Shown here piece after piece: positions 24,683 to 37,577 of a DNA stretch of 64,000 bases; the first letter of the stretch is position 1, and every line of letters begins with the position of its first letter. This DNA is from Vicugna vicugna (lineage: Eukaryota), in contig MU058718.1 of assembly GCA_013265495.1 (NCBI GenBank), forward strand, positions 1,240,001 through 1,304,000, written 5' to 3'. The position numbers and the translations under genes are program-made. The notes below the pieces were generated by a model, which was given only the letters and a program-made list of their open reading frames with translations, ran no database searches and had not been told where the DNA came from.

Positions 24683-27600
24683 GTCAGGGACCTGTTTAAT
24701 TCAACCCTGCATGTCTCATCCTGTGAATGGAACAGAGCAGGCCCTCAATAACAGCCCGCTACAAAACCCAAAAGCATTTCTGTATTTTACACCAAACCTG
24801 CACACCTTTCAATTCAGAACTGGGCCCTGAAAGAAGAAAAGGGGGATTTTGAATTCCAGGGTCCTCAGACAAATCTTTGCTTTTAATATCAAATGACTGG
24901 TGAACTGAGAACATAGAAAGTTTAGCAGGAGGCACAGAGTTAAGAATGGTGACTGGTTTCCAGCTTGAAAGAAAAAGTTGAGTTCACCCAACAGGGAATA
25001 AGGCAGGATAGGAGACACCATAAGAGGTGAGATCCTAGTGGGTGCCTAAGAAAGGGTCCCTGCAAAAGTGCATGCTTCAGGGGTCAGAGCAAGAGGGAGT
25101 CCAGAGCAGCGAGGACAAGTGCTCTAGCTCCCCGGGCTCCGGGCAGACTGGAAGACCCACAGCAGGGCGATGAGTGAGGAGCAGACCTGTATGGTGAGGA
25201 CAGCCTCACAGAGTCCTGAGCCCCCTCAGAGAATGAATCATCAGTTTCAAGAGTTCCAGAAGTTGCCCTTGCGGTCTAAGTCATGTGCTAAGTTAGCGAG
25301 AAATAAAGTATTGTTATTGTGTATCTGAGGGACATCAGCAAATTTTAAACTTGCTCTGGATGTCTGATATTAGGCTCTACCTGAGGTGGAAGAAAAGAAG
25401 AGGGGCAGACAGTGGGATGAAATAAACAGTAGGAGACATGGAACATGCCAGACAATCATTGCATGTCCGTAGTAGCAGTCTCCCAGGTGTGTTCTGTACC
25501 TGGCTGATCTAATGAACTGAACTGATTTGATCTTATAAACCGAAGCTGCTGGGAGGATGATGAAACAGTCCCAGGAACTCCAACAGGTCTCTGGTGACCC
25601 CAGCCAGGAGGAACATTCCAAAGTGGGATTCACATGGCCCAGAGGTTGTCCTCCAGAGAGGGCCAGATCTGACACAAGGTCACTTTCAAAGATGGGGTTC
25701 AGACAGATCCTATTCAAGACAAATGAAGACGCAGAAAACCTGCTTTAAAGACATCTTGCTGAAGAGAGTGGAGTGCTTTTTTTTTTAACCATGAACCACT
25801 TGAAACCCACATGCCAATGTTGGCATTGCCTGCTATGCAATCCCTCCCATCCTACCCCCATCAGGGTCCCATGTTCACTCCTCTGCCCCACAAGATAAAT
25901 GGAGAGGCTGAGAACCCAATTCAAGCCGTGCTGGGCTCTTGCAGGCAGGAGTCCAGTTGCAACATCTGGTGGCTTGGGAGGGGTGTTGGCCCGAAACTTG
26001 GAAAACTGTTGTGACATCCCTGTCCTCACGAGAGGCGGCTTTCTGCCACAGCTTCCTCCAGGAGCTCCTGCACCACCCAGGCTGACAACTGTGGGTGTGG
26101 GTGGGATCATGAATCAAGTCATGGCATGACCCTGGGGCCCCGGCCCTTCAAAAGGAGTGGACTCCGGACTTAGCGCCCTGAACATCACAGGCCCGTCATG
26201 GTTCTAATGCTTTGTCTCCTTGCTCATTTCCTCAGGCGTGATCTCAGGTTGGTCTGCGGACCCTGACTCTGTGCCACTTCTTGCACTGGGTTTCAGCCTT
26301 AGCTGGGACAGTTCGAATTCCCAGGCCCCACCCTCAGACTTGGTGATGAGCTTCCGAGGTGGGATCCGGAAAATGTTTCTTTCCCTTTCTTCTCTTTTTC
26401 CTTTTCTGATTTCCTTCTTTCTTCCTTGAAAAGATAGCTCCTCAAATGCTTCCCATCTGGGAAGCGCTGGGCAGTGCCATGTTGGGGAGCTCTTCCTGGG
26501 TGTGGCTGTGCCCCTGACTCCTCTTTGGCCTCATGGATCAGTCTTTGATTCCAGCCCAGGCTTACCTAGTGACTACCCCCTGCACCTGGTTTTTGCATTT
26601 GTTATTGTCACAGTCAAGGCCTTGTACCAACTGCAGCCAAATACAGAGAGAAGAGGGCTGAAGACCCCAATTGCGGGGAGGCCTAGATTGGGTCATAATG
26701 CACAGCCTGCCAGGGAAGAGGAGCCAGGGGTGATGAGACAAAGGGTTAGCACTTCAGAGGAGAGGAGAGCCCATGAGGGAGGGAGGTAAGCATCAGTGCC
26801 CTATTTGCAGACATGCTATCTGAAAGAATGTCCAAGAGAACGTGCACATAGTGAGGAAGGGCATTTTACTGCAGTACGAGTGGGTGGTGGATGGAGCAGC
26901 CAGATAACAGGGGTCAAGGAAAGTGTGAGAAAACCTCACTTAAAAAGGAAAAGAAATTGCTTCCCAGTTTGGCCACTATAGGCAATGATCTCCAGTTTCT
27001 ACGTCTCAGCGTCCTCATCTGTAAAATGAACATTAGAATTATTCTAAAGTTTAACCACTTGCCTCCAGAGCAGCTTAATGTATAAAATAGGGTTTGGCAC
27101 AAAGTCAGAGCTGAAAACCATTTTTTTCTTCTTCCTCCTTCTCCTCCTCTTTCATTACTCTTAAATCCTGTTAGACTCTGAACTTTGCATATAAATACAA
27201 GCAATTATCATTATTTAGTTGTCAAACATTGACCTTGAGTTAAAATGATAACTCTGTGACCACACTTTCTCCCCCTTAAAGTTTGCAGATATAATTTCCT
27301 TCTTTTTCTGTGCATCTAATTCATTTGAAACAGCATTCAGGTGTTAACAAGGATCTGAAATCACGCTACTAGGCCATGCAAAGTTATTATACCCAGCTGA
27401 GTCCTTCGGTGGACGGTATCTGTAAATTTAAATGTCTTATAAGGAAGAGTCGCCTTTGCCTCTTGGAATCCTCTGCTCAAACAGGATTTGCTCTTTCACT
27501 TCTTTGTTTTTCTGTTTATCTGTGTTACAATTTATTTTAGCGTATGTGGGGTTTTCCCCAATTTGCTGGAACCTCCAAGTGAAAGGAATAGGGGGTGGAA

Positions 27601-29809
27601 AAAGCCTATTGCTTCACCGGGTGGAAGTTATTTACAACCAGAGGAAGGCAGAAACACTGCTGTGCCTTTGGTGGTCTTCACACACAAGCTGGTAACTGAG
27701 AACTGGTCGGGGTGAAGAGGTAACATCGCTGGCGGCAGCTATCATTTCCCCAAGTTTCTGTTAGTGGAAGCTCTTTCAGGGCAGAGCTTACAGCTTCTAT
27801 ATCTCTTTCACCCTCAGGCCTAGGCCTGTAGATTTGTTAACTTCATTGGTTTCTTTCTTATGTTTAATAAGGGATATTCATCCTTTGAAACATGGTGTTA
27901 CCATGCCTTTAAATGTTAAAGGGTGGAAATTGCCACCACTGAAGAAGTCTTGACATCACTCAGATTTTCTGGGACCCTGTTTTGGTTCCCAGAGTTCTTA
28001 ACGTACCTTTAAACCTTAACACGTTGCTTATTGCTTCCAGATACTGAAGGCCATCCCGTCTTTATTGGAAATGCTCTCCTGCCCCCACTCAATTGCAAAC
28101 AGTGGTAAAGGAATGCTGTATTGGTGGCCCATTGTTCTAGCCTGGCAGACCCTGGAAGACATTTGTAACATGTTTTTTAAGTCGTAGATTTTTAAAGCGA
28201 ATATTTACAGGGTCAGCTGTTTAATGTTTTTCCACTAATTAGACTAATTCCTTACAGTTTGCCCCTCCTTTGTGTTTCATGTTTATGGTGATCTATATAA
28301 CACAGAAATACATAAAGTCTTTACTATAGTAAGAAATGTAGTAAGTAATTAAGTAACTTTATTCTTGGTCAGGGTCATTTTAGCCACATCTTCCTTCCTT
28401 CCCCTTCTTTTGTTTTGAAGGCTCCCCAGGCCTGTGCCTCCAGGGAACCTGTAATTAATAGGCCCTCTGTTCTCCTGGCCCACCTCTCCGAGTGATGTAT
28501 TAGAACACCCAGTGGGTCCAGGCATTTATCCTCGCATCCCCTTAGGGGCCTGTGGTCTCTGTTGAGTTTCAGGCCTTGGATTTCCAGAGATCTTAGCTGA
28601 GCAACACTGGGTGGCCTGGCCTGCCACCTCTGTTTTAAGTGCTATAGAGCCTTGAGCAAAGAGCATTTCTGGAGGGGAAAAAAACTGCCCACCAGCTGGG
28701 ATCCGGAGGGAAATCCCACCCTGGGTTGAAGGATTCCTGGAAAGATGATGTCCAGAATGAGTGCCATGCTCTTTGTAGGACTAACTAGGTACTGATGTGT
28801 CACCGACATCTGGTTTTCCCTGGAGATGTTTACATGCAACTGTTCTATGAAATCAGTCCACCATGCAAACTCATCTTTCTGAGAAAATGTGTGCAGATGA
28901 TTTAACTTAATGACTTAGTTGAATTGAATGGCTTCCAGTAGCATAGTAATGTGTTTTGAGAAGTTTTGAAAGAGAGAGGAAGAGCTGGTTTCCCATCTCA
29001 TTCAAATGATTTTCCATTCCTCAGGGGGAGAAAGGAAAGTCTGAGAATCCAACAGAATCGGTGCAGGTTACCCATTACTTCATTTTATGTTTGGCAAGGA
29101 AAATATGTAAGTCAGTTAAATCTGTTTATTTGGCTCTTGCAAGCATTCCATGTGGATGGGGTCTGGGTCGGAGGGGACAGTGAAATGTATTTCTGCTGAT
29201 ATGCCTTCCTGGAGAGAAGTGGGTCTGTTTTATAAGTAGTACCGGCAACAGCTAGATTCTAGTGGGTTCATTAGGGACCCAAGGGTTTACTTGAGCCTTT
29301 GTCTGCAGCGGCCCCTCCTGCAGAGGAAGGACCTGAGAAGCCCATCTCTGAGTCAGGCTGTTGTGGAAGAGCTCTGTTTGGGGTCACCTGGGTTTAATCC
29401 CTGCTCTGCTCTTTGCCAGCAGGTGCTTTGGGCGCATCAAAGTCCCTCCTTCAGAGGGTGGTTGTAAGAATCCCATGAAATAGCAGATGGAAAAGTGCCT
29501 TATAATCTAAACCAATATAACAATGCATTCTAAAAAAAAAAATCATTAAGACTGCCGGTAAGAAAGCAGATTTTCAGGCAGAGCATGGTAGCAGAGAGGG
29601 GAGAAGGACAATACCCGTTTCCCAGACCTGTTCCAGAAGTGCATGATGGGTGCACGATGGGGGCTTGGGAAAAGACTGCCTTAGCGGAATCAGTCAAGTG
29701 CAGTGGTTAGCAGGTGCCATAGGTTATGTTTGTACCACAGTGGAACCAACCTTCATCATGTCTTAGGAGAGAGTGGTGCTGCTGTGGGCAAATGACGACA
29801 ACCCTGGTG

Positions 29810-30035
29810 ACCTTGACATCAACAGAATGTGCGCTCTGGTTGGACCCTGCTAAGTGCTTACTTGCATCACCTCGTTTCTTCTCCACAACCACTGACTCTC
29901 CTCTAATTGTTATCTGCATTTTACAGAGAATTCTTAGCGAGGTTAAGAAACTTGTCCACATTTGCGGTTAGAAAGTAGCAGAGTGGGAATTCAAACTCTG
30001 GTCTGACTTGTTTTCGAACCCACACCCTTAGCCAC
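29810..30035 (-). mobile_element. MIR SINE
   Basis: tgctaagtgctt...cattttacagag...gaggttaagaaacttgtcca...gtagcagagtgggaattcaaactctggtctgact. Confidence 0.75.
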
Positions 30036-30460
30036 CATTAAAGAAACACACCAAGGCTTTTGTTTTCTCCCTGAAGGTCTCAGTAGAGAAACTTTCTCTC
30101 CCTTCATAAACTTTCAGGAGTAACCTCAGAATTCCTCAGAATCACCTGGTAGAGTCAAAATAGAAAGGGAGCTTATGCCATGTGGCTGCAATCATTGCTG
30201 CTGACAATTAGCTAGAAGCAGCGGCTCCTCTGAGAATGGTGAGTCCTCACGAGGGCCTCTAGACTCTCCCTTGTGAGATTTCAGGACAGAGGTTAAAGTG
30301 CAAAACTCTGCCCTCTGGGAGGACAGACAATGCTTTCTGTTCCTAAAAGCACCAGCTCAGTGCTTTTTACATCATTAAAAACAAATATTTGGTGACCAGC
30401 AGAATCAACAGAAGTGAAAAATCCCCAAATCCTCTCTAGACCCTGTCCTTTCATCACTTT

Positions 30461-30462
30461 AA

Positions 30463-30493
<31 letters not shown>

Positions 30494-30498
30494 CAAAC
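30461..30498 (+). repeat. (AAAAC)n simple repeat
   Basis: aaaaaaaacaaaacaaaacaaaacaaaacaaaacaaac, seen directly. Confidence 0.9.
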
Positions 30499-33400
30499 AG
30501 CTCCAAAGTTTGTGGCTCTGAGAATTTCCATAGCTGAGCTCTGGAAGCAAGGGTCTGCATCAGCTCTGCTGAGCAGGTGAGGGCCCACCTGGCCTTGATT
30601 CGGTTAGCGTTGGCTAGCGTCTTCCTTCTGATTTGAAGTGTCCATTAATTCACTGCAAATCTGGAGGAAGGAGCAGATAAGACCAAAAGGGAAGGGGACT
30701 TTTGGTCCTCCATGGTTTTGTCTTGTTCTTCTCAGGTTGTGTTTACAAATGAAAGAAACAAACAGAAAAGTCTCGACAAAATGGATAGAGAGAATGCTTA
30801 TCTAACAGATACTGTTACACATGCCTAACAGTTTCATCCTGCTAAGACTTCAGTTTTTTCATTCTCTGATCAACTCCACACACACTTGGATCATTAGGAA
30901 GGTCTCCCCAAGGAGTTTTCCTGAAGAGGGAAGAATAGTGATGCCAGGAGGCAAGGGGCTGTTTTATCTGATGCAGAGGTAAAAATCGTGCATTATCACT
31001 GGGAGGATGAGCCTGGACTTGCACGACGGGTGCTTGGCTCAGGAGTGTGTCAAAGATCTGGGTGAGCTCTTGGTGAAGCTCCTGGGGCCAAAGAGATGGT
31101 GCACTAAGCACTTCAGAAAGCATGTTAAAAAAAAACCCTGCAAAATCAAAATCACTTAATCTTGCTTCTCTGTGAAAGATTCTGATCTGAGTACTTTACA
31201 CTGAACATGAGTAAAGTCTGTACATAAGAGATTGTCCCTGCTTCCAACTTTTACACTTCAGTTGGGCAGCCCAATTTCTTGTGTATAATATCCTCTCCAG
31301 GGAGTTTTGCAGGTAATTTACAGAGTGGTAGAGAGGAAAGCCCCTTATCTTAAAGATCAGGCAAGACATCCTTAGCTTCCCTACTTTATTTGACCTTGCC
31401 ACAACCTTTCTGAGCCTCAGTTTTCTGCTTTGCCTGCTTCACGGAGAAGCTGTAACAATAAATTTAGTGCCTGAGAAGAGTTTAAAAACTGTAAAACTCT
31501 TCGCAAGTTTAAGGCACTTTAATTTTCTTTACAATTTTCAAAAAGGCAGGGTACTGTTAGTAAAGGATAATTGCAATAGAAAAAAACACTTTAAGTTTTG
31601 TTCAAAGAATGTTTATGGTAAAAATCACATACATTGGAGCTCTTTTTGTATGAACCAGTTTTGATTACGTAGGATTCGTTTGTGTGACAAAGTAGAAATA
31701 TATTCATCTGATGTATCAGTTTACAATAAAAAATGTGAGAAGCCTGTTTTTTTTAAACTACATAGTAGCAAGTCTTTGTGTCTTTTCTAGCGAAGTAATC
31801 TGGGAAGTGAGACATTGGTGACTCCAACAGTGCTCGAAACCCAAAGCTAAGTTTACCCCGAGGGCTTGTGAAGTCAGAGTCTCTCCCAGCACTGCCCCCC
31901 CTTTCCTTGTGGCTCTTGCCACTATTGTATTTATAATTCATTTCTGTGATGATTTGGGAAACGTCTTTCTCTCCCAGATGTTAAGTTCTATGACGGTAAG
32001 AACAGTTGGTTTGCTCACAGTGCCTGGCACTTAGTAGGACCTCAGCAGATAGTTGATGAAATTAATCAGCATCCAGGAACATGCTTGTTACACTGCATAA
32101 ATCTACCTACTTGAGGCTTCGTGGAAGAGATTTCCTTGTGGTCTATTAGAAACAACATGGCTTCTTTGTAAAAGTTCTTAGCCTGTGGACCCTCTCAGCT
32201 CTGTCCTGGTTCATGTTCCTTTCTTGCTGGCAGCTAGAAAGCTTTGAAATACATCGTGGTTGCCTCTCAGCAGATGTGAAGGATTTCATGGGTATATTCT
32301 TTGTGTACTAGCCACCTTCCTGCTTAGAATTTATGCCCTATTCCTTATTTCCCCTTATTTTTCTTTATCCTCCTCTTGTTCACCTTAATGCATATTTTAT
32401 GTGACTTTTACTATTATCTTAAATGTATTTAGCAACCTAGGCAGGTTATAAAAATAGTACTCATACGAATGGCCTTTGATGTACTGGAGGCAAGAGAGAA
32501 AAGGTTGGAATTACAAGAATGGGATATTTTCATACGACAGTAATGTGTTTCAAGTTTTGGCTTTTTTATTTCATGGTGAGGTAATGATAAAAATCAATGC
32601 TCACACCGAGATTCTTGGGTTCTAGCAATGTAAGATCCTACACGGGAAGGAGGACTTCTGCTGTCAACTTAGTATTTAGAGGGTGTGTGGGAACTAAGGA
32701 AGCCATCTGAATACTGCTTGGGTCAGAAAGTTTGCTTGGTTTCTCTTGGCCTGTTTCCTCATTCCTTTAGGTTTTGGAGACCTGGCTAAGGTAAGTTCTT
32801 CTCTGGCCCACTAGTTTTGCTTTGCTTTTTATCTAGGCCTTCGGGGCGTCCATGAACAGAGAACTTATTTCTCCATATTGAAAGCTTGGTCCAGCCTAGA
32901 CCTTCTCAGGAATTCTTTTTGGATTTGAGAAAGGCTGTCTGGTCCATAGTATCCCCAAACTAAACCTTACAAGTAGTTCTAGGCACGACTTCCACAGTGC
33001 TCAAGCAACCAGATTTGTAGCACCAAACTTCCCCCTGCTTTTGAAACCTTCCTGACCCCCACCATGGGAGGCGGGGAGCTTTGTTTACACGTGAAGCACC
33101 ACTTTCAGTTATACTCATGATTATGTGACTTTCGGTATTCGCTATGTCCTCACTCTTGGCCAACACAAATATGTTATCACATTCGACCTTCCTTAGCATA
33201 ATGACTTTGGAAGCCCACAAGATTTTCTAATAAACAAATAATGAAGGAAATGAGAGCACCTGCAAAAGGAAGGAAAACCTCCAACTGCAGATTAGGAGAT
33301 AAGACCTAACAAAGCCAGCCACGTTCCTGTTAAGTGATGGTCCCTTCCAAGAATGCAGAATGTGATGACTGCTCATATGGAATGCCTGCCCCGGACTGCT

Positions 33401-34419
33401 TGTTCTAACACAAGCAGTCCATGCAAGCCAGATGGTGAGGATTGTCTGATCCACTGCCACTGACTGGACCCTCCCAACACGTCTATCCTAGAACTTCCCC
33501 AACCTCCACCCAGAAGACAGGAGGAGAAAGCTCCTAGTACCATCATTACACTTGAACTAAGCTTTTTGAGGGCAACAATAGCTAATCCCAACCCTTTTCC
33601 CTTGTCGCCCATTCCCCTCCCACCCCACCCTAACTGATTCCAGGTCTTTCTATGAAGATAGGACTTAGGGTTGGACGGAAAGAGGCTACCCTCTCATTTT
33701 CACTAGAGAGAAATCTCTTAGCTTCTATTAGCCCATTTCATCTTCAGAAAATAATTGTTTGGCTAGAGGAACTCCAAAAGTCCTCATACTTTTTTTTTTT
33801 TTTTTTTAGTTTTACTCTGTTTCCCTACTTTCAAAGATGCTTCGAGCTTCTCTGGGCTGCTCATTCTACCCTCATTGTCTTTTCTTTCAGTCCTTGTAGG
33901 AATAGCAGGTCTGAGTTCAGGCTACTAGAGTTTAAGTCCTTGCTTTGAGACTTGCTAGCTAGCAGATCTTAAGTTCCTTAAACTTTCTAAACCTACTGTT
34001 CCTCATAGGAGAGGGAACTAAAAGGAATAGTCACCCTTGTTATGCCTATTTCCCTGGTTTGTTGTGACGATTAGTTAAGGAACCCCCCCCCCCTCTTTTT
34101 CTCTCCTCCACCCTCCTTGCCTTCTTTCCTGCTCTGCCCCTCTTCTCTTTTTCTCCCCACTCCAACTTCTCCCCTCTTCTCATACTTTATCGCACAGCTT
34201 GGGTAGGGCAGAGCCTAAAAGTCACTCGGTGGGAATACTTCAGCCCCTACTCTCACTTCTTTTTCTTCTAAACAAGGTCCCTTTCGCCCAACACCCAGCG
34301 AGATGCTGAGGTTTGCAGCAAAGAGAAGGTTTGAATTAGAAAGACAAGCAAAGAGAAGGAAGGACAAACTTCAGGTCTGCCTCTGGGAAGGCAAGAGGCT
34401 GCGGAAGAGGAGGATTTAT

Positions 34420-34930
34420 GGGATGGGGAATAAAGCAGCAGGGCGGTCCGAAGCGTGGGGCGGTGGGGGGGGAGCGCGCAGCAAGTGGAAAAACATGAGG
34501 TAATCATCACCTGCGCAGGCGTGGTAACTACAGGCCTCTGCACGTTCCTGCGTGGACGCGCTAAGCACGAGCTGAGGGTGGAGTTTGCTGCCCTCTGACG
34601 TCAAAAGGTCACCGGGCGCGGGCACTCGCGCATGCCCAGTTGGAGGGTCGGTGGTCCCATCCAGTTTTAACCGGTTCAGCTCCAACTAATCACAGCTGAC
34701 TCCAAGTTCCTGGACAACTCCCGCGAACACTGGTTAGGCTACCCGCGGCTTGGAGGACATGCAAACTTAAATGACCTTGATTAGTGAAGGCAGGTGTCGT
34801 GGATTTGACTAGTGCTCACCCAGGGTTTCGCTTCTACCTCCCATGCTGACGCCGGAGGCCAGCCTAGAGGCCCTGTGTCCGTGATGCCAGGAGGTAACCA
34901 GCTAGGAGCCCAATGGCATACCTGCAACAG
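34420..34930. promoter_or_regulatory. CpG-rich promoter-like element with possible first exon
   Basis: By eye, the densest CpG cluster in the window. GC boxes at 34441 and ~34458; NRF1-like TGCGCAGGCG (34512-34521) and CGCGCATGCC (34627-34636); full CRE TGACGTCA (34596-34603); ERR/SF1 site TGACCTTGA (34772-34780); donor CAG|gtgaga at 34930/34931. Confidence 0.65.
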
Positions 34931-36539
34931 GTGAGAAGAGTTTGCTTGCATTTCCTTTTACAGTGGATACAAGCGTGGTTAGGCTTTAAAAACGTCAGGG
35001 GTGAAGCAATGGCCTCCCCTCAGTTGAGGAAGTTTCTTAAAATATCCATAGCCTCACAGATTCGTAAGTTTCCTAGAGTGGTCTCCCTGTTGGACCTGTG
35101 ACAACCCTTACTACTGAGGGAAGGATGGCGAGGTGGAGAGGGGGAAATGAAGGAGGAAAAGGGGAGCGGGAGGAACAACCTAAAAGTTTATTTTGGTAGG
35201 TGCCTGGTGTATTTTGGCATTGGTTTGGTAAGGAGTTTGTAGTTGAATTTTAGGAAAAGCTTCTTAAACCCTGCCTCATACATGGTGAACCTCTGCTGCT
35301 TAAGTTGTGCAGGTAGAGCTACATCAACAGAAGAAATGGGGAACACCTGACCGGGATGCCACAGACAGTGATGGGGGTTAGGTTTCATTTCACGTGCCCA
35401 CCCCTAACAGTTTGCCTTGTTAGCCTGCGGTGCTGCCTTGAGAAAGCTTCACAGGCAGCACTTAGAATCAGGGAAAAAAGAGTACTAGAATTTCTTATCA
35501 GTGTCTGCAATGGGCAAGGCAAGAGTGATGGGTATATACAGATATGTACTTGCCAGCTCCGGGTTAAGATACACAGTGATGACATCACCATGGCAAACAG
35601 GAAGCAAAATAACCTAAGACTGCTTCAATGCAGAGTGTGGCGTGTTGAAGGAGGAAAAGATGGGTGTTTTTTTTTCTTGGGGTGAGGGTGAGGAATGGAA
35701 TGAGGAAGAGAGTGGTGAAGACAGGGCTGCTAAAATGAATAGGGGAGGAAAAAGAAATTGTTTCGTGGTAGGGAAAAATAGAATATACGTGAACTTTAAC
35801 TCTTTGTGAGATGAAGTCATACGAATCAGAGTTTTAACAGAAGCCTCTCCTTGCACCTGTTAATCTTAAACCTCTACTGAGGTGGACTCCAGTAGTTCAA
35901 CCGGACATATCTGCTGAGTGTAAATGTTTTCTAGGTTTTCTATATGCTGTTTATTAAGCTCTTGATATTTGCAAAGAAAAGCGGGGAAACTAGTTTAATT
36001 CAAGTGTACGCAAGAAGCTTTGCTTGTTTTCAATCTGCTTGGTGAAAAGTGCTTTTAGATAAATTTGACGGTAACAAAAGCTCTACAGAATCTCTCTTGT
36101 TTTGAAGATTGTTGCTCACAGAGATGAAAATTTAAATCTAAGGGATAAAGCGAAGTCTGGCCAAGCTACTCAACACAAATTCAAATTGAAACTGTCCCTG
36201 TGTGTTCCATATGCTTAGGTCCTTCGTATAATTTAGGACGTGTCCCAAAGCATTTTGGTTAAAAAAATGTTTTATAATGACAATTTCAAACGTTGGGTTT
36301 CTTATTGTAGCATAGTTGACATAGATTTTTTTTTCTAGGTGTAACGGTTTTGCAGTTATAAGTTCAGAGCTTTCTGAAGTAGCACAGTGAGGACATGTGC
36401 AAGGAATTATGTACTAACAAGGCTGTTCTCTTTCTGTAATGACTCCTCCCACTTCCTACATCAGACTGAACACTCATTCCTGTTGATTTCACCTTCTAAT
36501 ATCTTTTGTGTGTGTGTGCTTAGTTCAGAGCGTCATATT

Positions 36540-37300
36540 GATCTCCTTCCTCTGTTCTTATTCAATCCATCCTTGCTTCTTTAATCTATTTGCCAAACTC
36601 CTGTCATAATAATCTTGTTAACTCTTTTGCTTAAAACTGTTCAGTTTTCCAGTGCCTGTAGGATAAAGCCCATTCAAGGCATTCACGCTTTGCCTTACAG
36701 CTGTGTCTCTGACCTCTCCATCCCCTGCAATCCATGCCTCTGGCACATCACATCTTTTGGAGTTCTTTTAGCATTCCCTGGTGGATCAGTACTTCTATGT
36801 TTCTCCCTGGACCATCTCTCTTCCCTTCCTCTTTTTATTTACCAGATAAACTTAGACTTTGAGATCCTGCCTAACATTATCTCTAGTCAGCAAAGCTTTC
36901 TTTCTGCTTTTCCCCTTGTTTTTGCCTCTATCCTAGCCTGGGCAGGCTCTCAAGGCTGTGTGCTCTAGTACAGACAGGTTGTTAAACAATGAACTACTTC
37001 CACCAGGACGTCCCGGTGATTTAGCAATTAGAGGATTACTGCCTGCACTATCAGAGGGCCTCCCAGACCCTGATCCAGCATTTGGCACTATTCATTGTCT
37101 TCAGTAGTTACTATTTTCAATTTCCCCTTTGATAACATTATTTCCTACCCTTTAAAGCATTTTATTTCATTTACTCTTCAAGCTACTTCCCTCTAAATTG
37201 TAGCATCTCTGAAGGCGAGGATACAGTCTTTCCCAGCGCAGAATCCCCGGCATCCAGGGTAGAAACTGAAAGTAGATGCCTAATAAATGATGAATGAAAC
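36540..37300 (+). mobile_element. L2 3' fragments
   Basis: tgcttaaaactgttcagttttccagtgcctgtaggataaagccca; L2-type terminus gtagatgcctaataaatgatgaatgaa. Confidence 0.6.
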
Positions 37301-37362
37301 TGGATCTTGGAGTCGGGATGGGATATTGTAGACTGAACCTGTCCATACTGGTTTCTCTTGTA

Positions 37363-37577
37363 GCAGTCGTTCTTGTTTGGGGTGATCTGGCCTGCTGGGG
37401 AGCATTTGGCAATGTCTGGAGGCAGTTTTAGTTGTCAGGACTGTTGGGGTGGGTGTTGCTAATGACATCTGTCAGGTAGAGGCAGGGGGTGCTGCTCAAC
37501 ATCCCACAGTACACAGGGCAGCCCCCGCAAGGAATTATTTAGTCCAGGTTGTCCGCAGTGCTGAGGTTGAGACTTTG
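37363..37577. mobile_element. MER20 hAT-Charlie DNA transposon, near full length
   Basis: catttggcaatgtctggaggcagttttagttgtca...ggtagaggcagggggtgctgctcaacatcccacagtacacagggcagcccc...aaggaattatttagtcca...agtgctgaggttgaga. Confidence 0.9.

Noticed and set aside
25370..26430. Dense ORF cluster as a processed pseudogene or endogenous viral element
   Set aside because: No recognisable homology, poly(A) tail or TSD; higher GC content explains the ORF density. A blastx search would settle it.
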